Shown here one piece after another: positions 18,959-29,974 of a DNA stretch of 64,000 bases. The position numbers were made by a program, and so were the translations under genes. The notes below the pieces were generated by a model that made no database searches, had not been told where the DNA came from, and saw nothing but the letters and a program-made list of their open reading frames with translations. This stretch comes from Roseibacillus sp. (GTDB taxonomy: Bacteria; Verrucomicrobiota; Verrucomicrobiia; Verrucomicrobiales; Akkermansiaceae). How positions within the stretch are numbered: the stretch's first letter is position 1; each line of letters opens with the position of its first letter. The stretch is taken from positions 320,001 to 384,000 of the forward strand of contig JBPOGI010000001.1 in the NCBI GenBank assembly GCA_051251855.1, in the 5' to 3' direction.

Positions 18959-21900
18959 TGTTTAGCAGGCTCTTCTACTTTGTTCTCGGCGGGTTGCTTC
19001 TCGACCATCGCGGCGGGCTGTTCTTCGGCATCGGCAGTGGGTTTTTCCTCGACGTTGTGAGTGGGCTCCTCTTCGAGCTTCTTGGGAGGTTGTTCTTCGG
19101 CCTTCTTTGCGGGTTTTTCAACGCTCTCCTGGATTGGTTTCTCCTCGGTCTTATTGGCGCCTGCTTCTCTTTTCTTCTGCTTACTCTGTTGTCGCTTCTT
19201 AAGAAGGGAAGGGTAGTTGTCGATGCGTTTCTTTAAGGAAGCTCCTTCTTTCTCGGGGATGCTATCCCAGTCGATATCTTTAGCGAGTTCGATTGCAGTT
19301 TTGTAGCTCTTTATTTTATCGCCATAGACGGCGGCAAGCTCGGCACGGCCGAAGGCTTCCAATGGGTCTTCGGTGGCCGCCATTCGCTCGATAGATTTTT
19401 TGATCATGGCCAGGCCTCTTTCGCGTTCTTTATCGCGGTTACGGGCGACATAGACTCCAACATCCAGTAAAAATTGAGCCGCCTGAGGATGTTCAGGTGG
19501 GAGGCTGCCGTATGTCTTTTCATAATCCGCGAGGCTGATGACCTTTTTGCTGACCAGTCGGTAGGATGACAGGTGTTTGCCCATGAGAGTTTTGCTTCCA
19601 TAGGGGTCTTCTAGAATCTTGGCTGAGAAGTATTTACCGTAAGGGACATGACTCTTGCCCTGCCACCAACCATTGTCAGTCCATGTGTTGAGCATGGCCC
19701 TTGGATTCTCGAGCTGCTTTAAGTAGGCTGCTTGATCTGCCTCAGGGAGGGACTTAATCCATGTTTCGAATTCGGCCCCTTTTCCTGCAAAGATATGAAG
19801 GATAAGGGGGAAAGCCACGGCGCGAATGGCCAAGGAGTCGTTGTCAAACTTAGCCTTAGCAAGACCGAGATACCATTCTTTGGCCAGAGCGAGGGTGGCG
19901 TCTGAGATTGGGGTGTCGGGATTGTCAGCTCGGCCTTCGACATAGCCGGTGAAGACGGTCCAGAAGAACGTGTCTGCGGTCCGCTCGGCGTAGTAGCTGT
20001 GACGGTCCGTGGTGATAGATGCTGCGAGAGCCTTGAGATGCCGATCTATTGGGGCCAGGTCGCCGCGTTTAGCCATTTCCAGGGCATACTTGTCGAGAAT
20101 GTAGAGGAGGTTCTTCGAAGAAAGATCGCCGGGCATCCGGTCCTGCTCCATGGCCTGGGTATAGAGATAGCGTTGGCTGATAACTTCGAGCTCAGGTAGG
20201 AGTGGTGCAATGGTCTCGCTTTCCTCGAGGAAGGTCCTGAGGGTTTGCAGTCGCGCTTGTGGCACCTTGGGAGCCTTCTCTGCGAAATCATTCGCGAGAG
20301 CGAGAAGACGTTCCTTCTTGCTTGGCTTCGATTCCTTATCCTCATTGGAAAGGGAGGCAAGAAGACAGTGGATTCGATAGCGCTCCTGCTCGTTGGTAAT
20401 CAGGGGAAGCAGTTCCTCGACCGTTTTGGCAAGTTCGGGATTCCACTTTTGACTAGGCGGAAGGGTATAGAGAAGACCCGGAGTCGTGGGGAGGAGTTTG
20501 GCGAGGTCGGGCTTCCCCTGAGTGACAAGTCCTAACATGAGCTCTAGGTTGCCTCGCAGGCTATCCTTCGAAATAGCGAGAAGGGATTTTGTGACTTCGT
20601 AGTTTTCCAGCGCAATGCTGAGCTCGACGAGGCTTTGGGCGAATCTTGCTTCGTTGGAGTCTCGGCGGTTGTGGTTCTTGTTGGCAGCGATTTCCAAGAG
20701 GGCTTTGCTGCCCTTATCTAGGATCACATTCCAACGGTCGCGAGGAAGAGGGGTGGTTAACTTGTTGACCCCCGTGAGGAGTCTTCCGAAGGCGTTGGCA
20801 GGGAGGGAACGATTCTCGGCGAGATAACTCTCGAGGAGCTCGGTAATCGCGGCAATGCCCTCGGGGGAATCTGCAATGCGGGGCTCTTTGCTCAGGCTTG
20901 CTGAAACGATCTCGGTGCGGAGGCGAACTGTGATCTCGGGATCGGCGAGGACTTTACTCCAGACTTGGCGGGCCACGGGGTGAGCCTCGGGCTTGAGTTC
21001 GTCCCATGCACGGAGGGCGGTTAGGGTGCTGTTGCGAGCGAATTGAAGAGGGTGCCGCTCGGCGTAGTTGGTCTCTTCCATCCAGTCCCAATGTTTCTGG
21101 GCTTCGTCTCCCACATTCCAAGTTTGAGAGCTAGCTAGCCAAAGCAGCCAAACAGCGGTTTTGCGAACTTCGGGTTCTTCGTCGGCAAAGTTCTTCGCGA
21201 AGTCATTCCAGTGATATCGACTAAAGATTTCGGCTTCAACTCCCTTGAGGCCTTTGGGTTCTGGCTGTTTTCTCCAGAAGCGCGAGACGAGCTCTGAGAT
21301 GTCGTAGCGCTCGGCATGACCGATGCCAATGAGGGGTGCGTCGGGAAGGGTCTCGTAGGCTCTCTGGAAACGACTCCATTCGAGAAGGCTGATCGCGCTC
21401 GAGCTGCGGTCGGCATCGTCGAGAAGATCCTCGAAATGCTCGTCCTGTTCGGAGGCGATGGAACTCGAAGAGTTGATGCGGACGGTTTGTCCGAAGGCTC
21501 CACGGCGTTGCACTTTTGATTCTTTAGCAGCGGTTGCATAATATTCGGCTGCCAACTGAGGATCGAGAGGGATGAGCTTGAGGGTGTCGGCCCTGATCTG
21601 TCGGCCTCCTCGGTAGTCATGAATCTGTCCTTCAAACCCCTTTTCAATTTTTTTGCGAGCATTGGCAACAAGGTCTCCTTGCTCTTCTTGCCCAAGGAGA
21701 GTGAGTAGCTTTTGGGTATTAGGTTTGGGGTTGGGAACGCTGAGAGCTGGAAATAGGGTCTTCAAGATGTTGGCAATACCAGCCTGATCCTCGGGAGACA
21801 TCTTGAGCATTTTTCCTGCGACGCCTTCCAATTCGCCTGAGATTTGACCCTTCTCCTGGCCAAAGGTTGCGGCGGCCAAGCGATTTCGGAAGCGGCGGTT

Positions 21901-24900
21901 ACCTTGGGCTTTGGCCCATTTCTTACCTAGGGTAGTTCGCTCTTGATATTCTGCAGTCGCTTCGAGGATGACGTTCCAAGCGCATTTCTTTTCCTCTAGG
22001 TCAAGTGGCTGTCCCAGTTCGGCCCAAGAGAGATTCCAGAAGTTGATTTCTTGAAGGACTTTTTCTATTTCTTCAACAGAATCGCGCTTGAGGGTCCTTT
22101 CAATAGACTGTGCGATCTGGTATTCGTTGTTGTGAAGGAAAGGCTTGAACTCTGCGATAGCGAGAAGCTGTTCGAGATCCCATTTGGCATTGAAGAGCTT
22201 TTGGGCATAGTTGCGAATCAGGTAAACAATTGCATTGAGCTCTTGGTTTCTGAGCTGGTTCATTCGATTGAGTTTGACCCATTGGTCCCAGAGTTCGGGT
22301 GGACCAATGAGCTCGGTGAGAAAGCGGTTTAGGTGAGCCTGGAGTGTTTCTGGTCCTCCGACTTCTTCGTAGGCTTGGGCAAGAGAGATCAAGCTGCGAT
22401 CCGAGATGTCGTTATACTGCATGTTCTTAATGAGTATGCGGAAGAACTCTCGCTCCAGCGGATCGATACGCTCCAAGGGGGCGTTGTTGTAGGCGGCGAT
22501 GGTGAGGAAGTTGACGTATTGCTTGAGCTTCTCCTTACGTTCACCCTTCAACTGGTCACGCCATTCGGTCAAAGCTGCTTTTGAGGCTTCTTCCGATTCG
22601 GTGGCGAAGGAGCGAGCGAGAGCAAGAACTTTGCTTCTTTCTGAATCGACTTCGCTGAAGCGGGTGAATAGCTCGTTGGAGGCATCGTCCTTCATTTTGA
22701 CCATTGCCAAGCTCAGGTAGTCGGAGGGCGTCTTGCCAACATGCTGAGGTTCTCTCTGCGAAGAGTTCTGACCCATCGAGAAGCCCCAAGGATTATTGAG
22801 TATGTAATGGAGACGATGATCGGTAGAGGTGAAGTCGCGTTTGCTTGCCGCTGATGAGGCGGTGAAGGCGGCTTCTAACAATTCTTCTTCGGTCCATTGC
22901 AGGCCTTTTTGATAACCGTCCATGACCGAAAAAGCTTGGGAGGCGATTTGAGGGTGGGGGAGAGCTGCCAGTAAAAGGTCTCGCGTGATACGTACACGTT
23001 CCTGATGAAATTCACTGGGCTCGGATGAGTTCTCAGCCAAGCTAAGGGAAGATTTCTCGTCAAAGTTCCATTCCTCGAGAGCCCCCGCCGAGATGAGAGC
23101 AATATACCAAGAAAGGTTACGCGTGGCATCGGGGGCGGGATCGACCTTCTGCAAGTATTCAATACACAGAGAATAGCTATCGAGTTTGAGTTGGGCCTCT
23201 TCTTCGGTCTCAGCTTCGGAGACGTCGAAGGGATCGCTGGAGCGGCTATTGGCGAGTCCAACGACGAATGCACCGAAATCTTCGAGGGCCTCCGGGGTCA
23301 TCAGTTCACGCGCCTTAGACATCATTTCCTCGCGAGGGAGGAAGCGGGCTAGCTTGGCTTTGACTTCGTCGTCACTGGGCCTCTCTTCTGAGAGTGCCTT
23401 CAGGAGAGGGAGAGCGCGCTCGGCCTTGTTGAAGGCTGCGCAGAGCGAGACGTATTCCATCCGTCGGCTGTAGCTCTTCGTTTCGCCGGGATGGGCGAGG
23501 GTGAGGATTTCCTCGGTGAGGTTGCCTGCTTGGAGCTTTTCGACAAGTTGTTGGACCTCCCACTGGTTATGGGGGCTGCGGAGGAGGGGACGTAGGAGGC
23601 GAAGGCCTTCGCGGGAAGCCGCCTCTTTGTTTCCCTCACCGAGAGCTTTGGTAAGGCGAGGGCTCGTTCCCTGACTAGAGCTTCGGCTCCGTTGATTGGA
23701 AAGAGCTCCTCGGCGGAGGCGTGCGGTCTGCATTTGGGTCACAACATTGCTCAGGCCAAGTGAGGTCATAGGACCAGCGAGTAGTTTTTGTTCCTCGGCG
23801 GAGCGAGCACTGCGTCGGAGGCGTAATACTGCTCTTTGGGCGACCTCTAGCTCATCGAGGTCTGTTCCTTTTTGGGAGAGGGTTGAGCCCACTAGGGTTA
23901 GCTCTCCGTCGACGGCTTGGCGCTCATTCTTGTCCATGGGCAGGAAACGGGCTTTGGTGAGCAATTGGTAGCTCTTCGTTAGATCTTCCTTTTGGAACCA
24001 ATAGCCTGCTGCCGCGAGAACTTCTTTGGCATTCTGTGAAGTCTCGAAGGCTTGCAACTCCTTCTCAAGTTCTTCGGTATCTCCCGACCAGTGGCGAGCC
24101 AAGAGGCGTAGTTGGCCGGAGGAAAGACGGTGAAGTTCTGGGGCTAGCTTTTCGGGGGTCATGCTTTGGTCGCCTCCGCTGGTGCTGCCCTCAACCTTAC
24201 TTTGCTCAGCAAGACGTGCATCTCGAGCCTGGCGCCATTGGTCGAGAAAGGCATTACTTTCATTCTTTTGTTCGTTTGCGGAAGCGAAGGGAACGCTGAG
24301 GAGTTGCTGTAAAAACATCGGGAGTTCGGTCTGGACTCGTGGGAAGGTAGGGGGCTGCATGAGTCTCTGTGCATTCCTTCTTCCTGCTAAGGCGCTAGCG
24401 GGGTAAAAATGGCCATTGTAGAAAACCATACCCTTTTGGCCCTGAGCAAAGACGGCGTGTTCTTCCAGCAAACGATTGGTAAGGTTGACAAAGTCTTGCG
24501 CGCGGCCGGACTGCCATGCATCAGCAACCAGGCTGGTGAACCATGGGGTGACGGCTAGGGCTGTTTCTTGATCCTTTGGCTGGGCTCCGACGGGGATTTT
24601 CTCGAGTTCGGCCAAAAGCTTGCTCCGTAAGAGCTCCTTGGTGGCTTGGTCGGTGGTCACGGTTTGCTGTCCTCCGTAGTATTGGTAGGGATTCCGGACG
24701 GGGGCAAACACTCGTGCGGCGAGGCCGTTGAAGTTATCTCGTCGTTCGGAAGGCTCGAACTTTTCGATGAGAGCAAGCTTTTGAGCAATGATCTGACTTG
24801 TGGAAAATTTGGAGTCGCGATTGAGGAGCGCAGTGAGAGCGCTATTGGCTGCTTCCGGATTCGTTTCCTTGAGCTCGGTTGCTGCTTGCTCTAAATGCTG

Positions 24901-27900
24901 GACGTCAAAATCAGGATGGCTCGATGCCATGGTTATTGCTTCCGCAAGGTCCATGCGACCGGCAGCCAACTCCTCTTCCACCCATTCTGCGAGACGGTGG
25001 CCATTTTTCATTTGGTCTCCTAGGCGCCCCTGAGGGAATTGAATGGCAGAAAGAAGTTCTTCGCGTTGTTCTTCTGACTGCTGATTGGCATCGTTAAGGA
25101 GAAAGGCGAGAGTCAAGGCTCGCATTTCTTCCGCGGTTCCAGGGAGTATCTGGGGCTGTTGTCCGCCGCGATGACGGAAGCCATATCCATATCCTGAGTT
25201 TTGGTCGCCAAGAGCCATTAAGGCCACGACCTGTTGGGCCATCACCTTGATTAGGAGGACTTCGCGTGGGTCCTTGTGACTGCCTTGGTGCCGCATCCAT
25301 CCCCGCCACCGTTCGAGTGTTTTTTCGTCAATCTGGGGTTTAAGCCCTTCGATTTCGGTATTCACAGAGGTGAGCTGTCGAAGCATGGTTCGGGCGGCAT
25401 CTTTTTCTCCCATTTGGTAGAGATTAAGGGCGGTGAGAAAGTTGAGCCGCCAATCTTTGTTTGGACTTTCGGCCAAAAAGCTGGCGGCAGTTTCCCACTC
25501 GCCATTTTGCATGAGAGCGATGGTAGTCTTCTCGACCTCGCGCGGGTCTCCATTTTGGATGCCTCGCAGCACATCGAGACCGAGTTCGATCTCGCCATTG
25601 CGGAAGTAGGCTTCAACGAGCTTTTGCTTAGAAAGGGGACCGCTATCGAGTCGGGCGGCTTCGCGCAGGGTGGTCATGGCACGGTCGATATCACCGGCTT
25701 GTTCTTCGACGCGGGCGAGGTCTTGTCGCAATTTGACATTGTTGGGTTTGCGCCGAACGGCTTCGGCGAGAGCTTCGCGTTGCATCTCATAGTCTCCCAG
25801 CTTTTCGTGGATGGAAGCAAGGGCTTGAAGGGGGCCGGCTTCTTGAGAATTTCGGCGTTTGCGGCGTTCGAACTCGCTCAGGAGTTCTTCCACGCGGTTT
25901 TCTTGTTGAGCAAGAGTGGCGAGCTCGTCGATCCAGCGGTTCTTCGCATTGGCATCTTCGGCTTCTTCATAGAGCTTGCGATAAAGGCGCTCTCCCTCGG
26001 TGTATTCGCCGGCTTCGACCAGCGCATTGGCGAGGAGGCCCTTGATTTCAGACTCGTCCCCGAATTTAGCAAGAGCGCGGCGAAGTTCGTCGACTGCTTC
26101 TTCCAATTCTCCGCTCTCGTTAAGAAGTTCGGAGCGCCGGAGCCAGGCTCCTTTGTCTCCAGGAGCCACTCGCTTCCAATCCTCGGTGGCGGCTAGGGCC
26201 GCTTGCCAGTCTCCAGCGGTGGCGAGGAGGTTGACGAGTTTGCGCAGATAGACGGGTCGTTCTCCACCAGGGAGCGCTATGATTTCACGCATTACGACGG
26301 CCGCTTTTTTGAGTTCGTCGCGAGACTCCAAGAGACGCACTTTTTGACTCAAGATGAGAGGGCCTTGTTCTAACTTGGCTGCCTCAGCAAGGGCGCTGTC
26401 ACTGGCGATGAGGTCGCCTTGGAGTTCGTTGAGCTCGGCGACGACGCACCACTGTTTCGCCGACTTGTTCTCTAGGCTCATGAGGTCTGCGAGAATGGGC
26501 TCTAAATCCAAACGACGGGATAGGCGGGTCACTTCGGTGAGAGCGGAAGCGAGGTCGGTGGGGGACTGGGCTAGCTCAGCCATCTTGAGAGCGTAGGGGA
26601 GAGCTTCCTGAGATTGGTCGGCAGCGAGGCCAGCATCACAGAGCTGTTTGAGGAGCAAAAGGTTTTCCGGGAATTCTTCAATGCGTTCTGAGAGCAGGGT
26701 GAAGCAGGCCTCGGCGCGGCGATTGGCGAGGAGGGCACGTGCTACGCGGAGGAGTCCCTCGGCGTCAGCGCCTTCGGCCATCGCTAACCACATTTGGGTG
26801 GCTTCGGCTTGGTCTTCGTCACTGGCGTCGATGTCGGCGAGCAAGGAGGCGAGAGCTTCGGTGACTTCGGTGGCCTCGGGAAAATCGGCGTGGCCTTTGC
26901 GCAAGATTTCTTCGGCTTCCTCGTGTAACTGATAGCGCTCATAAAGAGACGAGGTGGCGACGATTCCGGGACCATCGACGGCCCGTAGTTCCCGCACTTT
27001 GTTGAGGGCTTCGTTCAAACCCTTGGCGTCGCCCATGAGGTCGCGGAGGCGGGCCATACGTTCCCAGACTTCGGGTTGTTCCCCGTTTTCGCGAACAACG
27101 ACTCCTAATTCTTCGACGGCAAGGTCAAAGCGTTCCGCTGTTTCTAGCAGCGTGATGAACTGTTCTCGATTGGCGAGGTCTCCGGGAGTGATTTTAAGAA
27201 CTTCACGAAAGAGAGAAATGGCTTCATCGATTTCGCCGTTGGCAGCCATCTGAGCGGCGAGCCCTTTACGAAGGCTCACCCGTTGCGGGAACTTTTCCCG
27301 CAGGGCAGCATAGAAGTCGCGCAATCCGGCGATGTTCTCTTCTCTGCGAAAGACTTTGTCTACTTGAGCGAGCACTTCCTTCTCCAGCCAAGAGTCCTCG
27401 CCAGTCATCTCCAAGACTTTGCGGTAGGTTTGGAGGCCTTCTTCGCGCTGCTCGGCCATCACTTCGACTCCTGCGACCCGCATCCAGCGGAGGGCCTTTT
27501 GGTAAGGGTCCTTGGAGCCTTCGGCGAGCTTGCGAGCGGTGGCGATGGCTTCGTCATAGAGCCCTTCTCCTACTTGGAGTTCGATGAGGTCTTCCTGCAA
27601 TTCTTCGTCACCTGGTCGAGTAGCGAGGAGTTCTTGCCAGGCGGCGAGAGCCTCCTCTGGGCGTCCCGCGCGCGCGAGCCAAGTTCCTTTGAGAGTGGCC
27701 GCTTCTTCGCCGGCTTCCTCTTTGCTTTTTTCTAAATCGTTGAGAGCACCCTCGAAGTCGAGGAGACGAGCCTTAAGCTTGGCTCGTGCAAAAAAGAGAG
27801 CACCTGATTCGGGTTCTTTCTCGAGGGCTGCGGACATGGCAGCGAGGGCTTGTTCCTCTCGACCCATCCAGTCTTGGTAGGTTGCGAGGAGCCGCCACTC

Positions 27901-28128
27901 TTGGGCTCCGCCCTCTTTAGCTCCTGTTTGGAGAAAGGTCTCTAGGTCTTCCTTGCTACCGGTATCGAGCCAAGAGTCCACGAAGCGCTCGAATAGGGTG
28001 CCGCTATCAGGCCGCTTTAGGAGAAGCTTGTGATAGCGCTCGGCCTTCTCATTGGGTTGAATTGGTTCGTCAGCAAAGCCTGTGAGAGATGCGGCTGCTA
28101 GAATACCAGCCATGAGAAGAGCTTTCAT
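18955..28128 (-). CDS. Giant exported tetratricopeptide-repeat protein (3057 aa)
   Basis: Signal peptide MKALLMAGILAAASLTGFA-DE; many TPR-like helical pairs in the first ~950 aa; the rest looks mainly helical; ATGA-coupled to the next gene. Confidence 0.88.
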   Translation of the reverse strand: MKALLMAGILAAASLTGFADEPIQPNEKAERYHKLLLKRPDSGTLFERFVDSWLDTGSKEDLETFLQTGAKEGGAQEWRLLATYQDWMGREEQALAAMSAALEKEPESGALFFARAKLKARLLDFEGALNDLEKSKEEAGEEAATLKGTWLARAGRPEEALAAWQELLATRPGDEELQEDLIELQVGEGLYDEAIATARKLAEGSKDPYQKALRWMRVAGVEVMAEQREEGLQTYRKVLEMTGEDSWLEKEVLAQVDKVFRREENIAGLRDFYAALREKFPQRVSLRKGLAAQMAANGEIDEAISLFREVLKITPGDLANREQFITLLETAERFDLAVEELGVVVRENGEQPEVWERMARLRDLMGDAKGLNEALNKVRELRAVDGPGIVATSSLYERYQLHEEAEEILRKGHADFPEATEVTEALASLLADIDASDEDQAEATQMWLAMAEGADAEGLLRVARALLANRRAEACFTLLSERIEEFPENLLLLKQLCDAGLAADQSQEALPYALKMAELAQSPTDLASALTEVTRLSRRLDLEPILADLMSLENKSAKQWCVVAELNELQGDLIASDSALAEAAKLEQGPLILSQKVRLLESRDELKKAAVVMREIIALPGGERPVYLRKLVNLLATAGDWQAALAATEDWKRVAPGDKGAWLRRSELLNESGELEEAVDELRRALAKFGDESEIKGLLANALVEAGEYTEGERLYRKLYEEAEDANAKNRWIDELATLAQQENRVEELLSEFERRKRRNSQEAGPLQALASIHEKLGDYEMQREALAEAVRRKPNNVKLRQDLARVEEQAGDIDRAMTTLREAARLDSGPLSKQKLVEAYFRNGEIELGLDVLRGIQNGDPREVEKTTIALMQNGEWETAASFLAESPNKDWRLNFLTALNLYQMGEKDAARTMLRQLTSVNTEIEGLKPQIDEKTLERWRGWMRHQGSHKDPREVLLIKVMAQQVVALMALGDQNSGYGYGFRHRGGQQPQILPGTAEEMRALTLAFLLNDANQQSEEQREELLSAIQFPQGRLGDQMKNGHRLAEWVEEELAAGRMDLAEAITMASSHPDFDVQHLEQAATELKETNPEAANSALTALLNRDSKFSTSQIIAQKLALIEKFEPSERRDNFNGLAARVFAPVRNPYQYYGGQQTVTTDQATKELLRSKLLAELEKIPVGAQPKDQETALAVTPWFTSLVADAWQSGRAQDFVNLTNRLLEEHAVFAQGQKGMVFYNGHFYPASALAGRRNAQRLMQPPTFPRVQTELPMFLQQLLSVPFASANEQKNESNAFLDQWRQARDARLAEQSKVEGSTSGGDQSMTPEKLAPELHRLSSGQLRLLARHWSGDTEELEKELQAFETSQNAKEVLAAAGYWFQKEDLTKSYQLLTKARFLPMDKNERQAVDGELTLVGSTLSQKGTDLDELEVAQRAVLRLRRSARSAEEQKLLAGPMTSLGLSNVVTQMQTARLRRGALSNQRSRSSSQGTSPRLTKALGEGNKEAASREGLRLLRPLLRSPHNQWEVQQLVEKLQAGNLTEEILTLAHPGETKSYSRRMEYVSLCAAFNKAERALPLLKALSEERPSDDEVKAKLARFLPREEMMSKARELMTPEALEDFGAFVVGLANSRSSDPFDVSEAETEEEAQLKLDSYSLCIEYLQKVDPAPDATRNLSWYIALISAGALEEWNFDEKSSLSLAENSSEPSEFHQERVRITRDLLLAALPHPQIASQAFSVMDGYQKGLQWTEEELLEAAFTASSAASKRDFTSTDHRLHYILNNPWGFSMGQNSSQREPQHVGKTPSDYLSLAMVKMKDDASNELFTRFSEVDSERSKVLALARSFATESEEASKAALTEWRDQLKGERKEKLKQYVNFLTIAAYNNAPLERIDPLEREFFRILIKNMQYNDISDRSLISLAQAYEEVGGPETLQAHLNRFLTELIGPPELWDQWVKLNRMNQLRNQELNAIVYLIRNYAQKLFNAKWDLEQLLAIAEFKPFLHNNEYQIAQSIERTLKRDSVEEIEKVLQEINFWNLSWAELGQPLDLEEKKCAWNVILEATAEYQERTTLGKKWAKAQGNRRFRNRLAAATFGQEKGQISGELEGVAGKMLKMSPEDQAGIANILKTLFPALSVPNPKPNTQKLLTLLGQEEQGDLVANARKKIEKGFEGQIHDYRGGRQIRADTLKLIPLDPQLAAEYYATAAKESKVQRRGAFGQTVRINSSSSIASEQDEHFEDLLDDADRSSSAISLLEWSRFQRAYETLPDAPLIGIGHAERYDISELVSRFWRKQPEPKGLKGVEAEIFSRYHWNDFAKNFADEEPEVRKTAVWLLWLASSQTWNVGDEAQKHWDWMEETNYAERHPLQFARNSTLTALRAWDELKPEAHPVARQVWSKVLADPEITVRLRTEIVSASLSKEPRIADSPEGIAAITELLESYLAENRSLPANAFGRLLTGVNKLTTPLPRDRWNVILDKGSKALLEIAANKNHNRRDSNEARFAQSLVELSIALENYEVTKSLLAISKDSLRGNLELMLGLVTQGKPDLAKLLPTTPGLLYTLPPSQKWNPELAKTVEELLPLITNEQERYRIHCLLASLSNEDKESKPSKKERLLALANDFAEKAPKVPQARLQTLRTFLEESETIAPLLPELEVISQRYLYTQAMEQDRMPGDLSSKNLLYILDKYALEMAKRGDLAPIDRHLKALAASITTDRHSYYAERTADTFFWTVFTGYVEGRADNPDTPISDATLALAKEWYLGLAKAKFDNDSLAIRAVAFPLILHIFAGKGAEFETWIKSLPEADQAAYLKQLENPRAMLNTWTDNGWWQGKSHVPYGKYFSAKILEDPYGSKTLMGKHLSSYRLVSKKVISLADYEKTYGSLPPEHPQAAQFLLDVGVYVARNRDKERERGLAMIKKSIERMAATEDPLEAFGRAELAAVYGDKIKSYKTAIELAKDIDWDSIPEKEGASLKKRIDNYPSLLKKRQQSKQKKREAGANKTEEKPIQESVEKPAKKAEEQPPKKLEEEPTHNVEEKPTADAEEQPAAMVEKQPAENKVEEPAKQ

Positions 28129-28450
28129 TATAGATAAGAGATAGGTTTTTAGGGCGGGTCGTAAAGGGGAAACGGTTTGGATGAGAATCTTTGTTCCTAT
28201 GAAATTGACTGATGGTGGTTGGCAAGGGCGCGAGTTGGGAGAGAATGAGCTCGCTTTGATGTCCGAGTGAGAGGGGAGAATAGCTGCTCCCTAGGCTTGA
28301 AGAGTCATCAGGTGACTTGGATTGAGGAAAAGGCTGCTCTCAGATCGGATGAAAAGGTTTCGAAATAGAAAGAGATGCAGACTGCCAAGTTGTAGGACCT
28401 CTTTTTTTTCGAAAGAGTGTCTCCTCTCCAGTCGAATATTAATCATCATA

Positions 28451-29974
28451 ATGAAAATAAGTTCTGTGCGACCGTTTCTCTTTTTTCCGTTTCTTCCGTT
28501 CGTTTCCGCTCTGGCTGAAGAGGGGGCTTGGAAAATTGATAGCCAAGAAGATTGGAAGGGCGCGATCGAGTCCTCTGAGGGGATCGTGGTGAAAGAGGGG
28601 GAGTCCTCGCCTACGGGTGAGTCTGGCACCCTCAAGACGGTCCTCAAGAGCTTTGAGAGCAAGCGGTCTGCTTCTTCTTTACTCATTAAGCAGTCTCCCA
28701 TTTGGCAGAACTGGATTGAGACTCCGAACTTGGGACCGGCCAACCTTGGGGATGCTCCGGTGCTTCTCAGTAAAGGTCCTGATGATTACTGGATGTTTGG
28801 GCGCTATGGAGGAGTTGTTCCGCGAGTGAAAAAAGGAGCAAAAGATTCATCCAAAGTAAAATTCTCTCCGGTGGAAGCGACTTTGGAGGGTTTCGATATT
28901 CCTCTGCTGACGACAGGTTTCCTCAATCAATACAATGCTCCGGGTGGATTGAAAAAGAGTAAGGGTGGGTATCATGCCTGGCAAAGTAAGGATATGGTGA
29001 ATTGGGTGCATCACGGGCCTGTGACGGAGTCCTTCTCCAGATGGGTGACGAATGCCGAACAAGTTGATGGAGATACTCTGATATACTTCGACTTCCCCAA
29101 TGACCAAGACCCCCATGTCTATGTCGATAGCGATTTGACGGATGGGGAGCCGGGCGAGAACAAGGGAATGGCAGTGAGTGATCCTTCCCATGGCTCCGAT
29201 GCGGGATTCATTCGCGACCTCGAGGGACAAGTGCACGTGATTATTGAGGACTGGAGCCCCATCTCGGCGAATAAGCGCTCTTGGGATTCGCCCCTAGCTG
29301 GGCATGCGGTGAGCCCGAACGGAATTGATGGCTTTGTGTTTCAGGACCCAGCAGTGGACTATCGAACCAAGCCGACGGGTAAGATTGGGACTTTTAAGCA
29401 TCCTCATTGGGTGAAGGAAGATCCCGATAATTACAAAACGAGTGTGGCAAAATATGAGATTCATGAGCCAGCCCAAGAAGCTTATGGCGATTGGGCTGCG
29501 ATTGCGATTGGCGGGCAATATTATCTCTTTGGTGACTATGACCCAGCGAAAGGTCATCAAATGAGCGTGGGGTGGTTTACTTCTTCCTCTATCGATGAGC
29601 CCTTCAAGTGGTGTGACCATATGGGCAAAGGTCACCCTGATCCCGACGTCTGCTTTGCGGAGGGTCAGTTCTATTTGGCAACGCAAATGAAGACCGACTA
29701 TATCAGCCCTGGGCCTTGGGTGGAGACTGTGTCTGCCAGAGTTGGCGTTGATGTCGATAATGATGGCAAAATTGACAATTGGACCGATTGGCAAGAGGCG
29801 AAAGAGAGCTATGACCACATCCCCGGATTCTCGAAGCAGATTGCGACCACTCCAGCGGAAATCGATCTGTCTAGTTTGCCCGAAGGCTTTGGGTTTCAGC
29901 TTGAGGTTAAGATGACCGACACCACCGAAAACAGGTCCAAGCCAATCTTGGACAGTCTTCAGCTGAAGTTTTAG
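28451..29974 (+). CDS. Exported protein, possibly a five-bladed beta-propeller glycoside hydrolase (GH43/GH117-like superfamily)
   Basis: Signal peptide; DAPVLL, WQSKDMVNWVHHGP, GSDAGFIRD and GHPDPD motifs resemble propeller GHs. The family call is tentative. Confidence 0.5.
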   Translation: MKISSVRPFLFFPFLPFVSALAEEGAWKIDSQEDWKGAIESSEGIVVKEGESSPTGESGTLKTVLKSFESKRSASSLLIKQSPIWQNWIETPNLGPANLGDAPVLLSKGPDDYWMFGRYGGVVPRVKKGAKDSSKVKFSPVEATLEGFDIPLLTTGFLNQYNAPGGLKKSKGGYHAWQSKDMVNWVHHGPVTESFSRWVTNAEQVDGDTLIYFDFPNDQDPHVYVDSDLTDGEPGENKGMAVSDPSHGSDAGFIRDLEGQVHVIIEDWSPISANKRSWDSPLAGHAVSPNGIDGFVFQDPAVDYRTKPTGKIGTFKHPHWVKEDPDNYKTSVAKYEIHEPAQEAYGDWAAIAIGGQYYLFGDYDPAKGHQMSVGWFTSSSIDEPFKWCDHMGKGHPDPDVCFAEGQFYLATQMKTDYISPGPWVETVSARVGVDVDNDGKIDNWTDWQEAKESYDHIPGFSKQIATTPAEIDLSSLPEGFGFQLEVKMTDTTENRSKPILDSLQLKF

